A DNA stretch of 63,094 nucleotides, filler included, from Lenisia limosa (lineage: Eukaryota > Protista > Breviatea): assembly GCA_001655205.1 (NCBI GenBank). It is 10 parts of 10 records of this genome, joined end to end, with 100 filler letters (N's around TTAATTAATTAA, not from the genome) between each part and the next. Parts side by side here need not be neighbours in the genome. Positions count along the whole stretch, not along the records: positions 34,049 to 45,118 come from LPNZ01011565.1; positions 45,219 to 54,736 come from LPNZ01009944.1; 8 more parts are not named here. The stretch is one strand, 5' to 3'. The notes beneath the pieces are model-generated. The model saw only the letters and a list, made by a program, of their open reading frames with translations, searched no databases and had not been told where the DNA came from. Made by a program: the position numbers and the translations under genes. Of this stretch, positions 37,101 through 48,200 are shown in pieces; positions within the stretch are counted from its first letter, which is position 1, and each line of letters opens with the position of its first letter.

Positions 37101-37779
37101 TCTCCGGTAGCTTGTGAAGAGGGGATCTGAATGCTCTGCAGTGGGTGAACAGTGTCATTGGAGTATAAACGTTTAAACCGTTGAAACCGTTTAAACAATC
37201 CAAAAACATAAAGTTGGGAGGTGGAAAATGAGCCTGATCTTTTTTAGCCAAAGGAAGATCCAAATACTCAGATCAAAACCCCTGTCAAAAACTCAGTTTT
37301 CAGCAACAGATCTCTTGAAGCACGAAATCCCCTCAGAGAACCCCAAGACGGATTTGACAGAAATGTGGCTTGGGTGGGGCAATAGTATCACACTGTGTTT
37401 CGACGTCCACAAAACCCATCGCCAAATAACGTAACCAAAACATCCCTATCCAACATCAAAGCCACCAAAGCCAACTTGGAAGGAGCGGAGAGGGCAGGTT
37501 TGCCGGGAGAGGGACGGATGGCGGGGTTAGAAGAAGGCGCACAAGGAAGGGAAGGAGACGGTAGTTTGGCATTCAGCAAGGGCGAAACAAACTTTGCAAC
37601 CATTCTCTTTCTTGGAGCCAAGCCAGGCTGTCCAGGTGCAGGCCCTGAAGCGCCTGAATTCGGGGAACTTCCATCACCAAGTGGACGGGGGGCAATAAAC
37701 TGCGACGGAGCTATGTTTGTTAGCGTGATGGAGACATAGAAGTTGTCAATTTCCCATATATACCTCTAGATCTTTTCAT
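34144..37779 (-). CDS. RAD54B: RAD54B/Rdh54-like SNF2 DNA translocase, N-terminal half (3' truncated at contig start)
   Basis: MKRSR|APSQ start; RCWSVMYG|KLSNRKHKKMEGDGLLVVKGASMSVK|DMNNKDVA...FKDGQTFIVSRKEGE (RAD54B N-terminal domain, cf. KKKHKKWEGDAVLIVKG); KPQHDPEAEGAVVL; VVVDPRLGRILRPHQIE|GVQFLFDAVNG...YGAI, ending just before the expected Walker A. Confidence 0.93.
34526..34667 (-). mobile_element. Family A copy forming the 3' end of a RAD54B intron
   Basis: gagtggtgggatgcggtactgcagaagcgactggcaggctttgtttgttttgttg...ttttccaactttaccccactccctccag|GATAGC. Confidence 0.88.
34792..34864 (-). repeat. 37-bp tandem duplication across a RAD54B splice donor
   Basis: cttgatgccgccatcaag|gttggtgtgttactattg repeated as cttgatgcggccatcaaggttggtgtgttattattg. 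Confidence 0.92.
35903..35998. repeat. Intronic minisatellite (gaggcacacagaagg / tgtgaacaga units)
   Basis: Shuffled repeats of gaggcacacagaagg and gtgaacagaga within a RAD54B intron. Confidence 0.85.
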
Positions 37780-38605
37780 GATCAAACAAACAACCAGTCT
37801 ACAGCTGCAATTATCCCATATTCTACCACTTAAATAAATAATAAATATGAAAAATATATAGAATTAAAATAGAGCGAAGAGCTGGCGGCTGGTGCGGCTG
37901 GCGAGAGCGCGAGCAAGAAAGAAGCAGGCGCAGGCGCCAAGCAGCCCCTGCGAAAAACTGTTCACCTTTGAGGGCGAGACGTGGGTGCTTGGGTGGTTGT
38001 GTTAGTGTTGTTGTGTGTATAGGTATAGGTTGGATATAGGTGGCAACATAGGTTGCGCAAAAAAGAGGTTGAGTTAGCAACCACCAACAGGTCTGTTTCA
38101 ACTGTTCCCGTTCCCCTCTAACTTCAAAACAACAACAGAGAGCAAGACAGAGAGCGCGAGACAACAGTGAGACAACAAGTGGAGTGCAAGTGGACAACAA
38201 CATGTAAGTGTTAGTATCTATATTCCTCCTTGAGTCTGGATATAGATTTTTACTTTAGTATTCAATTATACCTCCTAGCTTCATTTGTTTTCAGATTTCA
38301 ACCCTTTCTCCTCTCTACCACACAGAATCTCTCAAGAAGAATAGAAGAATTGCTCCCTCCCTAATATTCTTCTTTCGTTGTCATGGGAAATTCACATCAT
38401 TATCGAAATATAGGCTCTGGGCACTGGTGAAGGCAATAAGTACATTTTGCCCAATGTATATCAGATGTTATCCCCCTTCTTTCCCACATGTGTCCACACA
38501 TCCAGGGTGTAATAGACTTGTAATACCTATACATTTTTTTGTTCTTTCTATTTTACTATTATAAATTGTTGCGGTTTTTGTAGGCCAGAATAATAGTTTT
38601 AGACG

Positions 38606-41600
38606 ATGACCAGTGAGAATTCCAAACAACTAGCGGTCACTCCTCTCCACTCTCACAATGGGCTCGAAACACCTCAGAAGAGCGCCCATGTTAAACCCTC
38701 GATCATGAGCTTGTCACCAGAAAAAGATGGCGAAACCTCTGACCAGGATTCAGAAAGTGATCTTACTGTTGGAGGGGAGGGCTCTCCAAAGTCTAATGCC
38801 ACTCTTTTTACATCATTTTATTCTTTGGGTTGTGAGTTCATATTCTTAATCTGTTTGTTTTGCTCTGTAAAGTAATCACAAGTCAAGAGTGTGTCTTTCA
38901 AACGATGCATTTTAATCAACTTATTAAAAAAATGGAAAGGGTTCTGTAAATAAGACAAAACACCTTAATATGATTGTAGGACACGCTGCTGCCCAGACAT
39001 GATATCAAAATCTGCTTCCCGGTTTCCTCAGATGATGGAACAAAAAACGAAACTTGGCCGATGTCAAAGTTTATGCAAGTTCTTTTAGCTGTTGATATTG
39101 AGGCTGGAACTGATGCCGCGTTCAGATCATCGGATCTTCAGGTTTTGGGGCTGACAGCTAACATATTTTATCTACTATTAGATGATAATATGTGCTATGG
39201 CTGTTTCTGGATATTATTGCGGAATATTTGCGTGGCATTGCTTCTTTTGCCCAATACCGAAATTATCCAAAAGTATCAAAGTAAAATGTCTTAGTTTATT
39301 GTACTAGATGGACATTGCCCATCAAGTTAAGAGCCGCATTTCAGAGATAATGAAGAGACACAAAATCCAAGTATTTACTGAGAAACGTACGGTGGTTTGA
39401 GTTTAACTGATAGTCTTGATGTCTTTTGTAACATTTATTCCTCGTTACTTAATCTTTAGAAATAAAGCCAGACCGTGTTCTCTCCAGACTTCAACACGTC
39501 AATTCATTCAAAGAAATTCTGAATAAACCTGAGATGCCAGAATCGTAAGTGTGGCAATGTGGTTCATCTTTTATTTTTCTGAATCCTTTCACAAAAATTT
39601 GCAGAGAACGCCTTGTCAAGTATTTATTTTCCTTGAGACACCTTATTGTCCACGGTAAAGAGGAACGCGGAATCAAAAACGCTCCATTTGGTGGCAAGTG
39701 CACCAAATGCAAAGGCTTTTGCAGATGCATGGGAGCATGTAATGATGTGATTAGCTTAGTTTGTGGGGGGGGGGGGGTNNNNNNNNNNNNNNNNNNNNNN
39801 NNNNNNNNNNNNNNNNNNNNNNNNNNNNNNNNNNNNNNNNNNNNNNNNNNNTAATATATCGAAATGTATATTACTGGAGATGAAGAATTACTCCCTTTCT
39901 TCATCCAGATTTATCCTTTTTTTTACTAACACCCGTTTTTAAACTAACAGTACCCGGGTATTTTGTGACGGTGTTTACCATACATGTACATGTATATGAT
40001 GTGCATGTGTATAATATATGGTAGACATGATATTATACAGCATATTGTAGCTCTGTGTATGATATGTGTGTTTCCGAGGGAATATGGCATGGGTGAATTT
40101 TCGAGGTTCTCTCTCGGCTATGCCTCGTTCATCCCTCGGAACCTCCGCAAAACAACCTCGAAAATTCCCCATACCATTCCCAAGGAGCCTGCGCGAGGGA
40201 ATATGAGCAATCAGATATCTACAATATAGCTACATTTAATTACATAGTTTTTTTTTTGCATTATGTCATATTATACTGTATATTATCTATGATATGCATA
40301 TATTATAGCAATATACGGTATGGTATTTGTTTGCGTGACTCTCTTTACTGTTTAGTCTTTTGTTGACAGTTTTGTGACTCTCTTTACTGTTTAGTCTTGC
40401 GTTGACAGTTATACCATTATGTTCAATCTGCTTATGAGAATCCCAGAGCTCCAAGAAGTACTTTTTACAATTGACAAAGAAGTAAAAGGGGATGTACTCT
40501 TTGACTAAGGTGTGAGTACTTATCATTGTACAAATGAACCTCATGCATTAATTGATTACCATTTTTAATTAGCAGATTCTCTCCGCCAAAGCAATGACCG
40601 TTATTGGAAAGAATAAGGCTCAAAAAGAGAAACAAGAAGTCATTCCTCAAATGGAAAATCTAACTGTTTCCCCTCAACCGGTCATGCCAGCTACCCGTGC
40701 CGAAACTATTTCACGTTAGCTCCTTTGAACACCCCTCATTACATGGGAACAATAATAACATTGTAGAAAACATCAACATGAGTGGGGGCACCTTGAATTT
40801 GTTTTATCCACAGCCACCAACAACTCCCACTCCTTCCCCTGAAATGAAAGCCCAAACCACAGACACTGCTGTGGCTGTGATGGATGAGGTATGTGGATAA
40901 TACGCAATCTATCCGAAATCAATCTGATACGCTATACTATAATATAATTTTTTTGCATATATATAGTAGCTATATTGATATATAATTATATGATAGTATC
41001 ATAATATCATATAATATGCTCCCGGACCAAAACTGCGACGATTTTGAAATATGCTCTGTTTTCTTAGTTTTAAAGTCATAACTTGACGCAAATTTTGATA
41101 TCAAGTAAGCAGGAAATTAAAGCCAAAGGAAATATCCTTATTGTTTTTTTTTAAAAAAATTCACAATTTTTGAAATGAACTGAACTGAACTTTGTCTATT
41201 TAAGTAGTGTCCCTTTTGCTTGGACTTCCTCTTTGCCAAATATTTGGGAGCGTTAATCTAGTGAGTGGATGCACTGCTTCGTATTAGAAGAAGGGAGGAT
41301 CGAGCCGGGAGCTGACCAGTTTTTTTTCCTTTTTTACTAAGTTGGTGGGGATTTAAGAGCTTATTTCACAACGAAATCTGTCTTGATTGGACTTTATCTC
41401 ATATAATTCCTCCCCAAGCAGCCCCATTCTTGCAATCGGTGATAATGCAAGGATATATGTGCCCCATGAGGTATTGGTAGAAGACATACACCTTCATTTT
41501 TCAGGCAATTTGTACAGCTTTCTTGAGAGATGTAATTATATTAGCCATGGAACCTCCATTTTCTTCAGGTTTGTTTGATGTAAAACGCGCTTATCTCATT

Positions 41601-42830
41601 GGTTGGAGACAGCTATGTTCATACCAAAGTAAGTAGAAAACAAAGGGAAGCTCTCAGGATTGTAGACGGTGGGTGTCCTCTGAGAAATATCATTTTTAGT
41701 GATATGAAAGAAACAAAATTGATACAAATATAATTTCTGCTTCATTGAAAGAGCCTTTATTCAAAACAATTGAGTTTTCACAATTGGACTGTGGCTATTC
41801 ATCAAAGGGTTTCGATCCCAACCTTATCACAATTGAAAAGTATCAAAAAGGAATGGTTAATCGCCCATCAACTGAAGAGTCAAGATCACTTATCGATACC
41901 TTCAGGAGAAGACTTGGCACCCGATCAAGCAATTGGCCTTCAAGCAAGAGCTGCAATCAAAATGGATCCAAAAATTGAGAACTTGGATACTGAAGAACGC
42001 CTTTATCTTGAAGGTTGTGGTGACGTAATCTTTAGGTTATTGCGAGTAAAAGCGAGCCAAAGATGGATAGGAAGCAAGCGGAACAATATCAGGGTGGAGT
42101 GTTACGTCCCAATTCGCATGTAATAGCGAAGATGAAGAAAAAGGCCAATAAGAAGTAACTGTGTCTTCAATATTCCATTTTTGACTCTAATGGGCGATTG
42201 TTTTACTTAATTCTTCAAGTATTAAACTATAGTTTTCCAATATTCTTTACAAAAGGTGATTTTTTACAGGCTGGAACACGTTTTTTGAAAATGAGATTGC
42301 AAAACATACAACATTCAAAACCGTCACAATTTCTCAAAACCGCCACAGTTTTTGGCCCGGAAATATAATATATATATATACAGTCAATTAAAATGATTTT
42401 CAATAAGATTCTTTTTTATTTCAAATAGAATTGTCAAATTCCTGAAGAACTCAAAGCCAAATACAAGATCGTGTTCTTGTCAACCCAAACTGAGAGACTT
42501 AGCCAACTGGTAAGGCTTTTTTCATACTGCGATAAGGATAAGTCCTGACACGGATATTGAGCTTTATCTTTTGTCGTGACTTCATTCACTAACATTTCTA
42601 TTTGAGATCATGTCATATAATTCTATTGAAGGTTTTGACTCAACTAAATCCACAGGAAAGCGGGGTTCTCTATATTGCCGCTTCCTCCAAGCAAGTCACT
42701 GATTCTATGATGAAACCGTAAGCTTTGCTTTCACTTTTCTCATCAGCAATGGTAAAACAAATTAACACCCTAGAGCTTTCAAGCTTTTTGTTAAGGAAGT
42801 CTTTCACAGTAAAAACAAAAAAATTTCTGT
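38606..42830 (+). CDS. Hypothetical multi-exon protein
   Basis: Exon-like blocks with canonical junctions, e.g. MTSENSKQLAVTP..., KPDRVLSRLQHVNSFKEILNKPEMPES, YTIMFNLLMRIPELQEVLFTIDKE, AVAVMDE|NCQIPEELKAKYKIVFLSTQTERLSQL|ESGVLYIAASSK. Family not recognised; may be more than one gene. Confidence 0.45.
40078..40181. repeat. Imperfect foldback (~33-bp arms), MITE-like
   Basis: gggaatatggcatgggtgaattttcgaggtt ... aacctcgaaaattccccataccattccc. Confidence 0.75.
40335..40410 (+). repeat. 39-bp tandem duplication of an intron 3' end including the acceptor
   Basis: gtgactctctttactgtttagtcttttgttgacag|tt / gtgactctctttactgtttagtcttgcgttgacag|tt. Confidence 0.9.
41019..42363. mobile_element. Degenerate TIR DNA transposon (possibly IS630-Tc1-mariner relic) in a ~1.5-kb intron
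   Basis: Inverted ends ccggaccaaaactgcgacgattttgaaa (41022-41049) versus the reverse complement of tctcaaaaccgccacagtttttggcccgg (42332-42360). The interior is a broken ORF including ILAIGDNARIY, cf. the DDE_3 'DNA..H' motif. Confidence 0.55.
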
Positions 42831-43359
42831 AAGCTTTTTGTGGTGGACGGATTTATCTCTTGAAAAATGAATCTTCTCTTAATATAGTTTGTAATTATAT
42901 CGGCACAATTGCAATGGTTATCATCAACTCAATTTCTTTTCTTTCCTGTTTATCTCATTATAACTCTCTAATAAAACTTAGGACTCCCTCAACAAGTGGT
43001 GCAACAATATGCAAATTACTAAATTATGATTTTGTGAGCAAGGGAACATGTTGTGCATCAAAATGGTATTTATCAGCACATTGATCATCATAGCATGATA
43101 TAATATAAGAGGCACTGTCCACAACAGTAATTATATGATAGGTACTATCAGTATTATGTTGACATAACACACTAATTACTCAGGGTTCTTGAAATAACTT
43201 GTTTTATGGTTGTAATATATTATGGAATGATTCAGAAGGTTTGGCTTAGGGACGAGGAGGATTAGGGATTTATTTAATCGGAACTGTTAACGTTAATGGT
43301 GAAATAGATCCAAAAAAACTTGGATAGTCAATTAGTGATTATATACGATAGAACATGGT

Positions 43360-45118
43360 CCAATCTCAGAATATTGATTCCAGGGGCTCAAAAGCCTTGT
43401 GAGAGTTTACGTAAAAAACCTCTCCGCTAAAGAACATTTGACACCCCCAAAACCGTTGAAACGCAATTGAATCCGTCAAGACTTAGAAACTAAAGCTCTT
43501 GCATGGCTGAACAATTGAGACTGGTGGACCATGGACAGGAGGGGGCTGTTGAAGAGGTATTAATTATCCTCTTCAACAGCCCCGTGCCATGTAGTATTAT
43601 TCCCATTATAGTTTCTCCTGGAATGGTAGTGATCACCGGACTTGGGTTGAGGCGTTTCACCAAGTGTACTAATGAGTCCTAACACACGTCAACTCCAACA
43701 GAAGACACGGTGATTGAGAGGGATGTTTGAGCTTTGCTTTAGTCATGTACAATGTCGAGTATTCCGGCCAGCTTGTTTTGTTTTGCTACATCTTGATCAG
43801 CCAACCCTNNNNNNNNNNNNNNNNNNNNNNNNNNNNNNNNNNNNNNNNNNNNNNNNNNNNNNNNNNNNNNNNNNNNNNNNNNNNNNNNNNNNNNNNNNNN
43901 NNNNNNNNNNNNNNNNNNNNNNNNNNNNNNNNNNNNNNNNNNNNNNNNNNNNNNNNNNNNAAAACAGCTAGTCGCTTGCAGGCCGGAAGTAAATGTCCTC
44001 TACAGTAAAGGGGACATCTGTAGGGACGCTGCAGTCGTTGGACACACTAGGGAAGAGGGGGGCACGAACCTGACCGCTGTCAGAGCAATATAACAAAGGC
44101 ACAAAGGGTCACCATAGTACTGCCTATTAATAGATTATTCAAACAATTCACTATTTTTTTCTATTCGCATTTACTATTTACCAGAAGGCTGCATAATCAA
44201 TGAGGGAAATGAAGCGGTGAAGGGTGGATGGTTACTTTGTTTAAGATATCCCATATCCCAATGTATAATTACAGTATAGATTGTTTGCATTATTTTGCTC
44301 CCAGAAACAAAGTGACAGCCTCAAATACACCTCAAATAATAATATGCTCATTACTTTTCACATTGACACAGTGTACATTATTACTATTCAAATAGAAGAT
44401 ATGATATTATAAACAAAGGTGAATCCGGGATTCGCCCAACAACGTGATGATATAAAATAGTGAAAGGGGTATTAATACCCACCCACTTGGTCCCTGCAAA
44501 TGCCGTCTCGGTTGTAGTTGAAGGCTCGAAGGAATCGATGGACTTCAACCGAATTAACAGCTACTGTGGCTAGGGGTGTTACTATGTTTTTGTAGAAACG
44601 AGTAACAACAAAGGAAAGATCTGGCCAAAGCCATCCACATCATCATATTTATGAAAGATGCTGTATTATAGTGTCAATCATTAGCCCTACAACTCTATGA
44701 ACACCTTTCTGTATGCNNNNNNNNNNACATCAAGCTTATAACAGATATTGAAATAGATAATAACAATTAACCTCCAACGGGGATGAGATGTTGCAATAGC
44801 CCCCCCATCCCCAAATAAAAATAATAAAAATATATCCTTCAGCATTCCAGCATATATACTGTCCCCCCAACCATCCGAAGTTGACAGCAAGCTAAAGCCA
44901 TGAAGGAGAAGAGACTTTTCATTAGTAGCGGGGTTGACTGTTTTGAGGAAAGAAACACCGGCGGCTTGGCAAGTGGTCGTATCAACTGCTGAATCCTAAG
45001 GGGTTATATCATGAAATTGGTTTAGATCATTTCCCCTAAAACCTCGGTACCCCCTCAACCCCCGGGTACCACAAAGTCGTCAAATGGCAGGGCGTTGTGT
45101 CCTGAAGTCTTAGACACT
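43360..45118 (-). CDS. Hypothetical spliced protein, 5' truncated
   Basis: Exon-like blocks VSKTSGHNALPFDDFVVPG, CQAAGVSFLKTVNPATNEKSLLLHGFSLL, VSNDCSVPTDVPFTVEDIYF, GEVFYVNSHKAFEPLESIF*. Joining not fully verified. Confidence 0.35.
43543..43582. repeat. Perfect 15-bp inverted repeat, 10-nt AT loop
   Basis: gggctgttgaagagg-tattaattat-cctcttcaacagccc. Confidence 0.93.
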
Positions 45119-45218
45119 NNNNNNNNNNNNNNNNNNNNNNNNNNNNNNNNNNNNNNNNNNNNTTAATTAATTAANNNNNNNNNNNNNNNNNNNNNNNNNN
45201 NNNNNNNNNNNNNNNNNN
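45119..45218. other. Artificial contig linker
   Basis: 44N-TTAATTAATTAA-44N. Confidence 0.97.
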
Positions 45219-48200
45219 TTACTTGCCCACGACAATTCATAAACTAAGCGTGACAAAGAGAAATGGAGATAAAAAGTCATACAAATCATCACAAAATTAC
45301 TGTACAAAATATAAATTATACTATATAAAAATCTATTACCCACGAATTTAGACACAGCTGGTGTTTTCGAGCGGGCAGTAGGGTCAGAGCCAAAGTTAGA
45401 GAAGCATCTTTCCTCGTCTGGAAGCCCTGCAACTCGCTTGACCTGGGGGGGGGGGGNNNNNNNNNNNNNNNNNNNNNNNNNNNNNNNNNNNNNNNNNNNN
45501 NNNNNNNNNNNNNNNNNNNNNNNNNNNNNNNNNNNNNNNNNNNNNNNNNNNNNNNNNNNNNNNNNNNNNNNNNNNNNNNNNNNNNNNNNNNNNNNNNNNN
45601 NNNNNTTACCAAATAAGGGTCTCGTAATTTTTCCATTCTGATAGACACTCCAGGGACAACAGGCGAGGACCATTCGGGGGATCCTGAGGGGATTTGAGAA
45701 AAGTAAATACCCAAGGGAAGCAGGCATGTGACAAATTATAATATCGTTAAATGCGCTGAGCTTATGGAATCCCTGTATTTTTATGAATCTCAGGATTTTA
45801 CTTCATATTAATTTTTGTAAAAGCGAAACCTTTGTACGCACCTTCAAGATAGCTGTGGAATCCACTGTCAGTACTCATCAAGCAATGGGATCTAAACAGT
45901 GACTCTTGAGACCCTGTATCTTAAACAGAACTNNNNNNNNNNNNNNNNNNNNNNNNNNNNNNNNNNNNNNNNNNNNNNNNNNNNNNNNNNNNNNNNNNNN
46001 NNNNNNNNNNNNNNNNNNNNNNNNNNNNNNNNNNNNNNNNNNNNNNNNNNNNNNNAAGGGGAAGACAAGCCGTGAGCCTGGGCCGCGAGCTTCGCGCAGG
46101 AAGTTCACCTGAGGTATTATTATGCCCTGTAATTCATTCAACTTGACCATTTTGCCAGACACATCAAAACATTTTTTCACACACACGCACACACACACAC
46201 AGACAGACAGACAGACACACATACACACACCTCAGGATTGTGGAGGACGGCCGCAGTCACGGTCTTCTCGAGATGGCTCTCACTGACCAGTTCCGCGCAA
46301 GTCAGCGACACGTGTGCAAGGACATCGTTCTATGCGTTGTTATTGGATGCAACATGTTACACGTTGTTCCAAAAATAAGAAAAGTCAGAAACCCAAATTT
46401 AGTCATTTTCATCATGCACCTTGAAAAAATCAACAATCTTAACACATCAAAGCACAGCAAAGCCAAATTCCATTTAAAAAAAACCCCAAAACGTCAGTCA
46501 GCACTGGTGGTGGCTCAGTAGCAGTCAAGAGCATGACCGACGCGTGTGACGACTTGAGGAACAGTGTGAACAGAATGGGTATCGTAGCGTACTGCGGCAC
46601 AGCAACCTTCTCGTCACCTGAATAGTTAGCTTTGACTGACACTGCCGCTGCACTTATGCTACCATTTCCATTCCCCCCACTTGGTACAGGTGGGATGCCT
46701 CCCGGAGGGGCACCCCATGGGAATCTCTGGTCAGGCATCAGCGACATGTACACTGCTCTAAAGGAGTGAAGATATGCATTTAAAAATGCATCACAAACCG
46801 GGCAGTATGAAGCCAGTAAGACAGGCGCCCATTATCCTCAAATCCAACTCCCAACATACTGGTTGTGCGTGAGGAAGAGGTTCACCGGGGCGGCCTCAAT
46901 GAAGAACTCAAATTCAGGCTCCGAGCGCTGGGCAGGCTGTACAGGTGAAGGGGGGGGGTAAAATTGGAAAATTCATGAGAGAAAAAAAAAACCAGGGGTT
47001 GGAGTGAAGTAAACCTGAATTCCACAGTTATTTGCGGGCAGAATGACACTTGAGCTGTAAAAAAACAAAGGGAAAATTACACTGAATATCAATTCCCCTG
47101 CCCACATTTGCGTATTGGTGGAATAAGGCGGTTGCAGTTGCAGCAGTAGGTTCACAGATAAGCAGCCTTCTTGACGTGGGAGTGTTGCGGCCATGAATAC
47201 TCATGTTGGTTGCTGCTATCTGGGGAGGAAGGGTGACATTTTTGATTTAGAAAAAAGAGAAATAAAAGCCTGAGATAACACATAATTATCAAACAAGTAA
47301 TGAAATGACGAGAAGAAGAGGTGACGACAGAAAATGAAGATGCATTTGGACATTATTAAATATGAACGATTGGCTAAATGGAAAGAAGACAAATAGCTAA
47401 GCACAGTGAAGGAAATGAAAGCTTCACACTCTCCAGAGAGAATTAAAACACCCCCCCCCCCCCNNNNNNNNNNNNNNNNNNNNNNNNNNNNNNNNNNNNN
47501 NNNNNNNNNNNNNNNNNNNNNNNNNNNNNNNNNNNNNNNNNNNNNNNNNNNNNNCTGGAAGACACGGGCTGAAGGTCCCGGGGGTGGCGGGGGAAGGCTC
47601 TCCCGTCATCTTGCCCGGCAAACACGGGGGCGGTGAAGCATGCTGGCTTGGCCACAATGGGGTTGTCTTCGGCCATGGACGCTACTACAGCCCGGGCTAT
47701 GTCTAACTCCAGAACCTAGAGAGGGGGGGGGTGGGTAAATTGGAAAATTCAAGAAACAAAAAAAGCACAAATCAACTCTGTTGCTGACAACACACAAGGG
47801 TTGATAACNNNNNNNNNNNNNNNNNNNNNNNNNNNNNNNNNNNNNNNNNNNNNNNNNNNNNNNNNNNNNNNNNNNNNNNNNNNNNNNNNNNNNNNNNNNN
47901 NNNNNNNNNNNNNNNNNNNNNNNNNNNNNNNNNNNNNNNNNNNNNNNNNNNNNNNNNNNNNNNNNNNTTGCTTGAAAAGAATAAAACAATTTGAAAAATA
48001 TGATAGCAATACAGTTAAATAACCAAGTGAAACGGAGCCACAGCCCCCCGAATTACCCCCGAATTAGTGAACCATTAACAGCCTACCTGGGAGGCGATTT
48101 CTTCCCGACCCGCGAATCCAGAGTACGGCGGCAGCACGAGAGACACGTCGTCGAGCTCAACATTCAGCTTCATCTGGTTGTACAGGCAGGACTCCAGGAA

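Noticed and set aside
42430-42830. Response-regulator receiver domain (KIVFLST...MMKP)
   Set aside because: No acidic pocket or phospho-Asp strand is recognisable upstream; similarity is too weak.
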